Shown: piece after piece, positions 12,181 to 24,795 of the stretch | Position numbering within the stretch: the first letter of the stretch is position 1 | Layout of the letters: every line of letters starts with the position of its first letter | Source: Narcine bancroftii | Taxonomy: Eukaryota | Assembly: GCF_036971445.1 (NCBI RefSeq) | Contig: NC_091481.1 | Location: 83,204,001-83,268,000, forward strand | Length of the DNA: 64,000 bases | Direction: 5' to 3' | Translations under genes and position numbers: made by a program | Notes under the pieces: model-generated | Database searches by the model: none | Told to the model about the DNA's origin: nothing | The model's input: only the letters and a program-made list of their open reading frames with translations

Positions 12181-14159
12181 ACACTAGTGCGATTCAGTCT
12201 GGGTTTGCATGTCTCTATGATGTTTCCTTTGATATTTCCAACCCCCACACACTTCTCTACAATTTAAACCAGCTTATTTGCAGTCTTAGTTCTAACAAAC
12301 AGTCATTGACCTGAAACCTTACATCTGCTTCTATCTCCTTGTGTACTGTTTGGATGGCCAAATGTTTCCAGTATTCACTTTCATACTGGCATCTGCACTT
12401 TTGCCTTTGATTGTTCAATATTATTATCTAATTGCAACTGAATAAAAGTGTTCTTTCGCCCTCATTGTAAAAATATGCAAATGCATATAAAGATTCAAGA
12501 TTCAATTTATTGTCATGTAATAAAAACAGTGTCATGTTAAACGAAATTGCTTTTGCCTGCTGTAAGGCAGACAGATTTGCCATCGGCATAAGTTGCCTGA
12601 AGTGCCCCCTACAGTCAAAAAAAGAAACAAAAGAGAGTCGTCCCCCCCCCCCACACCAAGTCACTGAGGGTCCGTGGATTCGCCCTCAGCGCACTTGAAG
12701 CCTCCACAGCCACACAAAGGTCCAGTCCAAACCACTGGCCATCCGAGCTCCAGGTCAGGTCACGATCAGGAACCCTTCCGCGCCGTCGGCACCCCCTCGC
12801 ATCCCGGCTTTGATAGCTGGTATCCTGTCAGCCAGTTTCGAGCCAGTCTCCAGCCTGGTGAGAGTCCCTTGACCGCAATCACCAGGAGCCCACAGCCTGC
12901 AAGCCATGGCACACATATTTACAGGCGATTTAGATGCAGTAGATGTATAAACAGAAATAAATACTGTTACATCAATAGTAGTGTCTCAGATGGTTTGTAG
13001 TTCATTCAGTCATTCAGCATCTTATTGCCTGTGGGAAGAAGCTGTTCCATGCCAACATTAATCCCAGTTTATTCTCCACCCATTCCAATTTCCTTACCCT
13101 TAAGTTTGACCATTCAGGGAGCAACTGACAATGGATAAGAAACCTACCAACCACACGCTGTCGAGATGTGGGAGGAAACCACACAGTCACAAGGGAAATG
13201 TGCAAACTCTGCACGGACAGCACAGTTTCCTTCCTAGATCTCCAGAGTACTCTTTAAAATAGCAGTTCTTCTGATCAGGCAAGAGCTCAAAGGTATGATA
13301 CAGATATCAACAGCTGGGCAGTTATGGTTATGATCCAGTGATGGTACAGAAGTGGAAAAGGGTGTTCTTAGCATGTAACAATTTCAGTCTGTGACTGCAA
13401 TGAGCAATAATTGTAGTGCAGCAGCAGTTTCAGAGCATATTGAGCCCTGCCAGGGGCATAGCCCAGTTCTAACGTTAGGGGGAGTGAGCAAATTAAAAAG
13501 GGGGCAATGGCACATATCAGATAATGAGTCAGTAGTTGAATGGTGGGCCACACTGAGTCTTTGGTGGCATTGGAGCAGGAGAGGTGGCATCATCGGAGCT
13601 GGGGGGGGCACGGTGTCGTGGGGGGGATGGTGGAGGCAGAGACAGCGGAGTGGGGGGGGGTGGAGGGGAAGGCTCTTCCTGTACTCGTTTAGCTTCACCA
13701 CTGAACACTGCATCAATGATACTGGGATATATTATTAATGACATGAAACAATCAGTATGCTGTGATTGTAGAGTCTCATGTCTCTCTCCATCTGCTGATC
13801 GTTGCCCACGATGAAGCTTAGAATATGTTTCTGTCTTCTGATGTTGGGCATTAAAACAAGATCCGTTGAATGTAGATGTAGAAAAGCTGTTTTCCATAGT
13901 GGGAGAATCTAGGATAAGAGGGCATAACTTCAGGATTGAAGGTTATCCGCTTCGAACAGAGATGCGGAGGAATTTCTTCAGTCAGAGGGTGGTAAATCTA
14001 TGGAATTTATTGCCACAGGTGGTTGTAGAGGCCAGGTCATTGTGTGTATTTAAGGCAGAGATTAATAGATTCTTCTGTTTCAGGCCTGCAAAGAAGGGCT
14101 TGGGCCTGAAACGTTGGTTTTACCTCCTTTAGAACCAAATTCCTTGTCTTTCCCTTAAC

Positions 14160-14750
14160 TAGTGACCTATCATGGACACTCACATCTCTTCACTTGTCAG
14201 GAAGTCACAACAGCGACTGCACTTCTGGGGAAGTCTGAAGCAGGCAAGGTTACCGGCCACCATCTTGTCAACCTTCTATGGGAGCTCAAAGGAGAGCATC
14301 CTGTCCTGCTGCGTCACAGTTTGGTAATAGATCAGAGGTCAATCCACAGGACAATGTGAGAGTGGCAGAGAGGATCAATGGAGTTTCCCTTAACCCCCAC
14401 CACTGGCTTGATCTACTGCGGTCGTTGTCGGAAGTTGTGCAAAATCATTGAGGACCTCGTCCACCTTGCACACAGCATCTTTCAGCTGCTCCGGTAGAGA
14501 GAGATAAACAGGAGGATCAGAGCCAGCACCACCAGGCTGAGAAACAGCTTCTTCCCACGGGCAGTGAGAATGCAGGTTGACCAAGGGAACTCCTCACACT
14601 AACCCTCTGCGTCTCTCATATTCATGAAACAATATTTATTTGAATACTTGTCCTTCATGTGTATTGTTTGTATATGTGTGTTTGTGCCTGGCTGTGTGTT
14701 TTGCATCTTGGATCGGAGTTTCGTTGGGTTCTTCTTGATGACAATAAACT
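14160..14750 (+). mobile_element. Rex1/Babar-type LINE 3' fragment
   Basis: caccaccaggctgagaaacagcttcttcccacgggcagtgagaatg, tail gatgacaataaacttgact; same subfamily as 26830 and 40510. Confidence 0.7.
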
Positions 14751-15139
14751 TGACTTTTTGGGAACCTAACCCTGCTGTAACTAGGGACAGCTCCATTTGC
14801 AGTCTTTGCAGTGCAGTGAAATAATGACACAAGGAAAACTGCAGACGGTACTGCTGCTTCTATGCTCTCCAACATCCTGCATCCATTGGTTCCATTCCAC
14901 TTTCAAAGTCCCCTCGCCTCCCCATTCCTGGCCACTGTTTCACCCTCTGCACTGCCTTTTCTGCTCCTCTGAAGAGGTGGAGCAGCGCCAACACCAGTCC
15001 TTTGACTGATCCGAAGCGTCGACGATTCCTATTTGGTCCCATGCAGGAGACCTGCAGATGTGCATCGATCGGCACCAGTTCCTGGGGCTCACATCGCTGT
15101 CAATCACTCCTCCGTCCCGGATCTTCCCGCATCGCTCGA

Positions 15140-15198
15140 TGCGCTTGCGCACTCCTGCCTTCCACGGCGGCCGCGTGACGTCATGACGCAATGTTTAC
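15140..15198 (+). promoter_or_regulatory. Motif cluster in CpG island: NRF1-like, full CRE, C/EBP-ATF-like, forkhead
   Basis: TGCGCTTGCGCA (15140-15151), TGACGTCA (15176-15183), TGACGCAAT (15184-15192), TGTTTAC (15192-15198). Confidence 0.6.
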
Positions 15199-15199
15199 G

Positions 15200-15340
15200 T
15201 TTCTTCAGCCAGAGGGGGGACGGAGCCGGGAGGGAGGACGCGATGTCGGGCTGAGCTTGGTCGGTCAGCCGTGCTCGCCACTCTCTCCCGGTAACGTCGG
15301 TGAACGAGCGACGTGCGGAGCCGAGCTGAAGGCGCGCCAG
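15200..15340 (+). other. Probable non-coding first exon of the TMEM229B-like gene (start approximate)
   Basis: CpG-dense segment ending in CAG|GTACGG; the coding exon downstream starts at a splice acceptor (22397) and so needs an upstream exon. Confidence 0.6.
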
Positions 15341-15412
15341 GTACGGTTTGATGGACGTCGAGGGTAACCAATGGTAGCAGGGCATACCGACGGATTCGGC
15401 CTTCATAGCAGC

Positions 15413-16328
15413 AAGTTAGGTTGAGGAGCACCGGTCACCAAGTTAGGTTGAAGGGCACCTCGTCACCAAGTTAGGTTGAGGGGCACCTCCATCAAGTTAA
15501 GTTGAGGAGCACCTGTCACCAAGTTAGGTTGAGGAGCACCTGTCACCGAGCTAGGTTGAGGGACACCTCCACCAAGTTAGGTTGAGGGGCACCTCGTCAC
15601 CAAGTTAGGTTGAGGGGCACCTCGTCACCAGGTGAGGTTGAGGGGCACCTCGTCACCAGGTGAGGTTGAGGGGCACCTCCACCAAGTAAGGTTGAGGAGC
15701 ACCTCCACCAAGTGAAGTTGAGGGGCACCTCGTCACCAGGAGAAGTTGAGGGACACCTCCACCAAGTGAGGTTGAGGAGCACCTCGTCACCAGGAGAGGT
15801 TGAGGGGCACCTCCACCAAGTTAGGTTGAGGAGCACCTCCACCAAGTTAGGTTGAGGGGCACCTCGTCACCAGGAGAGGTTGAGGGGCACCTCCACCAAA
15901 TTAGGTTGAGGAGCACCTGTCACCAAGTTAGGTTGAGGGGCACCTCGTTACCAGGTGAGGTTGAGGGGCACCTCGTCACCAGGTGAGGTTGAGGGGCACC
16001 TCGTCACCAGGTGAGGTTGAGGGGCACCTCCACCAAGTAAAGTTGAGGAGCACCTCCACCAAGTGAAGTTGAGGGGCACCTCGTCACCAGGAGAAGTTGA
16101 GGGACACCTCCACCAAGTGAGGTTGAGGAGCACCTCGTCACCAGGAGAGGTTGAGGGGCACCTCGTCACCAGGTGAGGTTGAGGGGCACCTTGACACCAG
16201 GTGAGGTTGAGGGGCACCTTGACACCAGGTGAGGTTGAGGGGCACCTTGACACCAGGTGAGGTTGAGGGGCACCTTGACACCAGGTGAGGTTGAGGGGCA
16301 CCTTGACACCAGGTGAGGTTGAGGGGCA
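15413..16328. repeat. 24-27-bp minisatellite (AGGTTGAGGGGCACCTCGTCACCAGGTG)
   Basis: About 35 tandem units with variant types and a higher-order duplicated block. Confidence 0.95.
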
Positions 16329-16705
16329 GCAGACGTTGAGAATGAAGGAGCAGTTAGCAGGGCTGCTGTCCCACAGCTCCAGAAACCCTTGGTCCATTCC
16401 TAACATCTGTGAGGAGTTTGCAAGTTCTTACCTTTGGCTTTCTCTCTGGTTTCCCCCATCATCCTGAAATGATACAGTTTGATGTGCTTATTGGGCATTC
16501 TAAAAATATGTTGAAATAGAGAATGCAAACATACATACCTACCCACCCAGACACAAGAAAGTATTGGATGAGTGTCAGGGAGAGCTACATACACAAGTGG
16601 AAAATTAGAGAATGTTCTGAAAGCAATGTGCACAGAGAGAGAGAGTGAGGGGAAGAGGCTTGGAGAAATAGAGTGCATTTGTGAAAGATAGAGAGAAAAA
16701 TAAAG

Positions 16706-16965
16706 GGTGGCAGGATTAGCGTAGCAGTTAGTGCAACACCTTTACAGGGCCAGCAATTGGGACCCGAGTTCAAATCCTGCGGTGTCTGTATGGAGTTTGT
16801 ACGTTCTCCCAATGTTTGCATGGGTTTTCCCCGGAGGGCTCTGGTCCTCCCACCTTTCAAAATGAACCGGGGGTTTAGGTTAACTGGTTGTAAATTGGGT
16901 GGCTCGGACTTGTGGGGTGAAATGGCCTGTTACCATGCCATCTGCCTAAATGTTTTTTAAAATTA
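16706..16965 (+). mobile_element. tRNA-derived V-domain SINE
   Basis: A-box-like head, gagttcaaatcc B box, ggagtttgtacgttctccc core, CR1-like tail gaaatggcctgttacc. Confidence 0.8.
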
Positions 16966-18839
16966 AAAATGGAGCTCGGCACACCGAGTGCAAGATGAGG
17001 GTTTATTGTCAAATACAAAAAAAATCTTACTGCTGTACTGGAATAATTTGCCACAACATGCAAAGTCACAAAAGATGACAATCAATATAAAAGGAGAGAT
17101 AAATAAATATTCACAGTTGCATTTAGTACAAAAAGAAAAGTGAAGACAGCCGGCAGAATAAGGATAAGGGTTAAGGATAGGGGGTAATTTTTTGTGGCAG
17201 ACAGGATTAGAGTTAAGCATAAGGGGCCATTATGGAAGGGAAGGTAGTGTATTACAGGTTTAATGATCAGGGAAGGAGTAAGGATCGATAGCAGAGACCA
17301 CCAAAGTGAGCACATGATCTTTTAATGGTTCATGGACTTCATATTCAGAGATGGAGAAGGGAATGTGAGAATTTTGTAGGGATTGGAAACTCTGGGCCTC
17401 AAGGTTCAACGACATTGAAAATTTTCACAAAAGCCATTCATTGCATTTGTTCAGAGGCGCGCCAATTATACAGAAACATTTCAGCAGGTTCAGAGAAGCT
17501 TCTGGAAGTTCAGGGGCGTCCCTGAGAGAGAAGCTGGATCCTCATAGATGGAGGAAGTGGCTAGTGAGTAGTCTGAACAAAGATCGTGATGTGGTTAAAG
17601 CCACGTGGGTTCCCATGACAGCATGTTTTATCCAGAGCTGAAATGAGCCGTTGTTTAAGATGTGAAAGTTGAGCCATGTGGTAGAAAATGCACTCAATTC
17701 CTGTGCACTCTCTTCATTCTTGAAAAAAAATCAATTTGGCAAACTTTCATAATATCAGAATTGGGATAAACCTCTGAAATATCGTGAAGAGAGAGCATCG
17801 GAAGACTGAGGACAGAGAATAACTACCATATGTACTTGTAATCATCAAATTTTTGGATCCCTTTTTCAGGCCAAAAAGTGGGGGAGGGCGGGGTCAAACT
17901 TTTGATCTCGGTTAGTACCTATATCATTCAAGGTGTTGGGAGCCCAGATGGCTGGGGTCCAGGTGGTAAGTCCGTGGTCGGGATCTCGGATGGGTGGGCG
18001 GTTAGGGCCAAATATGGGGAGGTCGACCTTTACATGGGTCATACAAAAACAGCTGATTTTTGGGCCAAAAATGGGAGGGGTAGACTATTTACAAGGTTAA
18101 ATGGGAAGAAGAGTTGGCCATACATTCAATTTTAAATAAGGTGAGGGGAAGAAAGTTTAAGGGAGAAGTCAGGGGAAAGCTTTTATTTTTTACACAGAGA
18201 AAAGTGTGTGCCTGGAATGCATTGCCAGGGGTGGTGGAGGCTGGTACAATAGGGAGTATTTAAAAGACTCCTACATAGGCACATTGATGCAACAAAAATA
18301 GAGGGTTATGGGTGTGAAGTAGGGAAGTTTAGATTGTTGAGTTGGTTTATATAGGTTAGCACAGCATTGTGGGCTGAAGGGCTGTTCTGTGCTGTAGTGC
18401 TCTATGTCCTAAGGTCATGGTTGCTCTGTTCATTCTGCAATGGAAAGAGGCCATTCAGCCCACAAAATCAATGCCAGCTCACAGGAAAATCCTGTTTCCC
18501 TGTAACCTGTTCTTCCCATATTTGCATCAACTCACTCAGTATACTGCCTCTCCTCTGCATGCTGGAAGTTTTCCTGTTCGCTCTGGGCCCTATTGCAGGG
18601 CCTCAACCCAGAATGTCGACTTGCACCTTTTGCGTGTATAGAAGATGCTTGACCTGTCTTCCAATCTTCTCTTTTTATTTTGGTGAACAATTTCATTCCA
18701 AGAATCAACCTTCTTTATCCAGAGAAAATGGCGGTATAGAGTATTCATAGAATCATACGGCATGAAAACAGGCCTTTCAAGCCAATGTCCATGCCGAGCA
18801 AGTTCAACTTGCCTGTGTTCTGCACATGTCCCTCTATAC

Positions 18840-18971
18840 CAATGGTTCTCAATCTTTTTTTTCCCCACTCACATACCTCCTTAAGTAATCCCTTACTAAC
18901 CTCAGAGCACCTACGGCATAGGATGCCAGTGGGGGTGGGGGGGGAGGGAGAAACAAGGTTGAGAACCACTG
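18840..18971. mobile_element. hAT (Charlie-like) MITE
   Basis: TIRs CAATGGTTCTCAA / TTGAGAACCACTG, degenerate 8-bp flanks ctctatac / ctctggag; second copy at 36970. Confidence 0.8.
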
Positions 18972-18979
18972 CTCTGGAG

Positions 18980-19765
18980 CTTACCTCCATGTACCTATTC
19001 AAATGTGTTTTGAAAGTTCCACCTGTCCCTGCATCCACCATTTCCTCTGGCAGCTCATTCCACATACCTATCATGTGCTGTGTGAAGAAGGTGCCAGTCA
19101 GGTTCCTTTTAAATATTTCCCTCTTGCCTTAAATCTATGGCCTCTCATTTTAGGTTCAACTGTACCACATCTATTGGGAAATGTACCACATCTGTGCCTT
19201 TTACGATGTTATAAACCTCTATAAGGTTCCCCCGCCCCTCCCCCCTTAGCCTCCCAAGTCCCAGGAGAAAAGTTCCAGTCTATCCAGCCTCTCCTTACAA
19301 TTCAAGCCCATCGTTCCCAGCAACATTCTCATGAATTTTTTTTCAACCTTTCTTGTAGCTGGCAGACAAAAACTACACATAATATCTTGTTCAATTTCGA
19401 GAGTCTTGAACATTTGTAACATAGTTTTCTGTTACAACATCCCTGCTCCTGTACTTAATGCCCTGACCAATTAAAGTAAGAGTGCCAAACACCACCTTCT
19501 CCACCTTGTCTACTGCTATTGCAGTTTTACAGAACTATGTAACTGTACCTCCAAATCTCTTTGTTATACAACACTCCCCAGGGCCCAACCATTCACCATG
19601 TGAGTCCTGCCACGGTTTAATTTACCTAAGTGCAACACCTCATACTTGTTCAATTTTAAATTCAATCTTCCAATCCATGGCCCATTTTCCCAGTTAATCT
19701 TCTAGATCCTGTTGTAATCTTAGATAACCTTCTTCACTGTCCACTATACCACCAATTCTAGGGAA
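18980..19765 (-). mobile_element. CR1-type LINE fragment
   Basis: ORF 18745-19074 WNELPEEMVDAGT..TFKTHL and upstream RT remnants. Confidence 0.7.
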
Positions 19766-19825
19766 ATTCTACCATTATTTTTTAACAACTGACGTGGATA
19801 ACCTCATTTTCACATTATACTCGAC

Positions 19826-20005
19826 CAGCGGTAGCCAACCTTTTAATTTTACATTTTCAATTTAGACCTACAGCACGGTAACAGGACACGTGTACGTACC
19901 AGGAGTATTGGTTAATTGGGCGCCACGGATACACAGGCCGAAATGGCCTGTTACCGTGCTGTAGGTCTAAATTTAAAATGTAAAATTAAAAGGTTGGCGA
20001 GCCCT
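19826..20005. repeat. Near-perfect 52-bp inverted repeat made of SINE tails with hAT-like outer ends
   Basis: 19834-19885 is the reverse complement of 19947-19998 with one mismatch. Confidence 0.85.
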
Positions 20006-21730
20006 ACTCTAGACCTAATTACCCTGTTCACCAAACCTCTATGTCTGCTTTAGAACTTACTAAGCATGCTAACTCCATTGTCCTCCAAGTCGTTGTATTG
20101 ATGAGAATCGAGATCTACGTCCCCACATCATTAATGTTGAAGCAAGAGTTCTCGTCTTTTGTACTCTGCCCTCTGTGTAATGAAGCCATTTGATTTCCTA
20201 ATCTGCCGTATCTGTGTGCTAACATTTGGTGTTTGAACCATGTGGACTCCGAGAGCCTTTAGTAAATTTATACGCGGAGCATGGGAGCAGGGCCTTCAGA
20301 CCCCTGAGTCCATGCCCCAACCCAAAATACACCAATTAACCTACAACCTATGAATGTTTTGAAAGGTGGGAGGAAATCATAGTACCCGGAAGTAACTCAT
20401 GGGGAGAAAGTCCGTACAGATGGGACTGTATTTGAACCCAATCACTGCACTGTAAATAGCGTTGCGCTAACTGGGCCGCCTGGTTCAGTTGAATTCGTGA
20501 GTCTTTTCCCGCCCTATTACGATGATCCACATGTTGCGACTTCTCTATTTTGTGACTGATGTGGATGACCTAAATTTTCTCCACGTAACACTCTATTTGC
20601 CTATTATTTTTCCTTGTGCACGTAACCTCTTAGAACTTGTTTTCCCACTTTGTACCATTAGCAAACTTTGGTTACAGAAGCCTAAGTCCTATTGTCTGTA
20701 ATTAAGGAGGACGTGTGTGCCACAGAACACCGCAAACTCACTGGAAGAAGAAGCAAACCTTCATCCATGTTTCTCCCAGGCCTGTATTCTCAGTGTTGAA
20801 GCCCCAGTTACACTCAGATGCACTGGCAAGTTTGATTTATAGGACTAGGTGTTCGAATCCCTGACGCTTCAGTATTGGTTAGATTAATCCTCTCTCCTAG
20901 TGTTAGTATGGTCACATTGCCAACAGTAGATTTGAGAAACAACAAAAAATTGAAGGATAATGATGAGCTTTGATTGTCATGTACATGATTACAGTGTAAA
21001 GAAATTCTTGCTTGCTGCAACTATACAGGTGCATTAAACGTACTAACAAATAATAAATATAAATTAAATTAATAAATATAAATTAAATGAACAGAATATG
21101 TCAAGAGAGAAAAAGATGAATATTAAAGAATAAACATTCACAATTACAAATAGTGCCAAAAAAAATACTGTTTCAGTAGTGCAGAGAGATTTTTGATAGT
21201 CTTGGGTGTTTGCTAGGTCTCTGGATAGGACACTCTGGGTCTTGACCACACAAATTGGAGAGAGGTATTGTGTCTCTCTACATTGGGGATACGAGGTGTA
21301 GGGCCAGCTCGTGATGGATAATGGGGTATCTGGCCTACCTTTATTGGTCCCCTTGCATTAGTTTTGGTGTTGTTCTCTCTGGCATTGGAGGGAGGTTAAT
21401 TGCTGCCCCCAACCCCCAAGTTCATGCCATCAAATACTCATCAATATACTTCTTATGACTTGGCAATTCAAGTGCTCATCCAGGTGCTTTTCAAATATTG
21501 AGAGAGTCTTTGGCTCCTCAGGCAGAGATTTCCAGATTGCTGACACCATAGAGTGAAGATATTTTCCCTGTAACCCCCTTACTCCTCACCTTAAACCTTG
21601 GCCCTCAGGATTTAGTTGACACCAACATCTGTCTTGCTTCTGCTAAGGCTCCCAACACTCCCACCAACCCCACCCCCCATCATCCCTGTCCTCTCCACTC
21701 CCAAGAGTAACTAACCCAGCCTATCCAATT

Positions 21731-21935
21731 GTAAAACACAAAAATCTGCAGGCACCATGATTGAAATAAAAGCACAAGGCTGGAGAAACTCAGCAGGTCA
21801 AACAGAGTCCTTTATGTTGCAAAGATATACCTTGATGAAGTGGTCAAGCCTGAAAACATTGGTTATGTATCTTTTATTTTTGCTACATAATTAATGTATA
21901 CTGTTTTACTTTCTGAGTTTCTCCAGCCTTACGTT
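21731..21935. mobile_element. Palindromic non-autonomous element derived from the Penelope terminus
   Basis: gctggagaaactcag...ctgagtttctccagc arms; right half matches 24655-24795. Confidence 0.7.
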
Positions 21936-22381
21936 TACACCACCCTATCCATTTACTCTTCATAGCCAAAACATTCCATTCCAACATCTTGGTGCCTTGG
22001 TTAGATGGGATTCTTCAGAGTTTTGTTGGTTGGATAGGAAGTATTTGGAGTTTAGGGGTGGGATAAATCTGTCTCAGAGTTTGGGAAGGGTGGGGATCAC
22101 CAGGTTTTGGATGGATGGATGGGTAGCGACCCCTTTTGGTTTGGCTAGATGGACACATTCTAATTTTGAGGGGTTACATGTTGGTCACTGGATTTGGTAG
22201 ATCAACCCTTCCCATTGAATTTTAGGGATTAGTATGGGCCACTCTGGGTTTGGGGATTGGATATGGGTGATGGTGTGCTTGGGAGAGCTGTATGGATTTG
22301 GGGCATTGGGAGGGAGCTCTCTTGCATGGGATGTGGAATGAAAGACTATGTGGGTCTGAGAACACTATTGGAAAGCTCTGA

Positions 22382-22942
<561 letters not shown>

Positions 22943-23551
22943 AGTAGATCTCTGTACCTCAGTCAATGTTTTCCAGAACTGGCCAAGAGACAACTATGAC
23001 ATTAAACGTTTATTTTTGTACCTTCTCCTCGCAAAGGGAACAGCTTTTTCACAAATTCAGACTCCAGTGCTCTATGACCTGGATGATTTACTCTGTGTGG
23101 TGTCCACACCACCAGTGCATGCACTGATTATCAACAAGTATTCTATCATCACATTCCATGGCCAAGCCAGTAGAACACCAAAAGATCTGTTATTTATCCT
23201 AACTTATTTCCTTTCCTGAAATCTCTTCTATTCCCCTTCCCCAGCTAAGCACTGTTTCAGAAAGTTGCTCTGCTTTTCCCTGACAAGTTACTCTTACAAA
23301 GTAAAAATCGAACTGACTGCAAACATGTGCTTTGCATTATGACCTCAAACTGTTCCAGAGAGTTGTTGGGAGATGCACATTATTCAGTATTTAGGTTGAA
23401 GCTACATCGCTGGACAACTGAAGATCTTATTACAAATGGAACATTGTGTGTATTTGGATCGTGAACTTCTGAAGAATCCACATGTGACCAATTGTAGTGC
23501 AAGTGCGACTTTCAGTTCTACATCCTAATTAACATTTTCTGCAATTGTTAC

Positions 23552-23557
23552 AATAAA
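23552..23557 (+). terminator. Probable polyadenylation signal of the TMEM229B-like gene
   Basis: AATAAA about 610 nt after the stop, followed by a GT/T-rich stretch. Confidence 0.6.
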
Positions 23558-23861
23558 ACCCATCAAGACATCACTGACTGTTTCCAGGATTTACTCTTGT
23601 TCTAAAAGCACAAGCTCTCATCTTTCCGCAAGTACTGGGGAAAAGGTTCCAATCTCACTCCCCGTGCAGATTCCACAGGCACATATGGCCACTAGGGTAC
23701 AGGTCCCATAGAAGGTGGGGATAGAATTGTCTCCGATATACTGGTTATCACTGGTGTGGTGCATCTTGTAGATACTGGCTCTCGCTGGGGTGCAGGTCCC
23801 ATTGAAATAGGCTGTCAGAGACAGATCAGCTTCAGACACTGACTCTCACTGGATTAAAATA

Positions 23862-24795
23862 ACAAACACAGGATTCCCCTTGTCCTCGCCCACCAGCCTC
23901 TGCATCCAACACATTATTCTCCATAATTTCTGCCACCTACAACATGATCCCACCATCAGACACATCCTCCCCTCTCCTCGCCTCTTTGGCTCTCTCCGTG
24001 ACTCACTCATCTACTTACCCTTTCCCATTAATCGTCCCCTTGGCTCTTACCCCTGCGGCTGAAGGAAGTGCCATACTTGTGCCCACACCTCCTACCTCAC
24101 CACCATTTGGGGCCCTAAACAGGCCTTCTAAGTGAAGCAACTCATTACTTGTGTATCCACAGGAGTCATCTAATACATCCGATGCTTCCGTTGTTGTCTC
24201 CTCTACATCGGAGAGACTGGACGCAGAATGAGAGATCACTTCGCTGAGCACCCTCGCTCTGTCGGTATCAGTGATAGGGATCTCCCAGTGGCCAACTATT
24301 TCAATTCTGCACCATACTCCCATGATGACACGTCTGTCCATGGCCTCATGCACTTTTAAACCAAGACCACCCTTAAAATGGAGGACCAACACCTAATTTT
24401 CCGTCTTGGCCCTCTCTAACTGGATTGCATTAACGTTGACTTCTACATTTTCTGCTAGCCTACTCTCCATTCTTCCCCTCTCCTTCATCCCTCTGACTTC
24501 TTCCCTCTAGCTCTCCATCCACTTCCCTCTTCATTCACAGAGCCACCCCTTCTATTGTTTGCTGGTGTGCCCTCCCACTCTCCTGCCTTTGGGACTGTGG
24601 TACCCCTCACCACCCCACCATTTTGATTGGGCTCCTGCCTACTTTTTGTCCATATCTGATAAAGAGCTCAAGCCCAAAGCATTGGTTATGTATCTTTATC
24701 TTTGCTATATAAAGTATACTGATTGATCCGCTGAGTTCTCCAGTGTTGTGTTTCTACTTCAATCACGGTGTCTGCAGACTTTCTCGTTTTACTCC
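23862..24795 (+). mobile_element. Penelope-like retroelement 3' fragment (GIY-YIG endonuclease remnant plus terminal repeat)
   Basis: Degenerate KCHTC...TCVSTGVI*YIRCFRCCLLYIGETGRR..DHFAEH..DLPVANYFNS; terminus ctgataaagagctcaagcccaaagc...tctgcagacttt. Confidence 0.85.

Noticed and set aside
15413-16328. CRISPR-like appearance of regular short repeats
   Set aside because: No unique spacers, eukaryotic context, no cas genes; it is a minisatellite
16706-16790. tRNA gene-like A/B boxes
   Set aside because: Head of a multi-copy SINE, no cloverleaf evident
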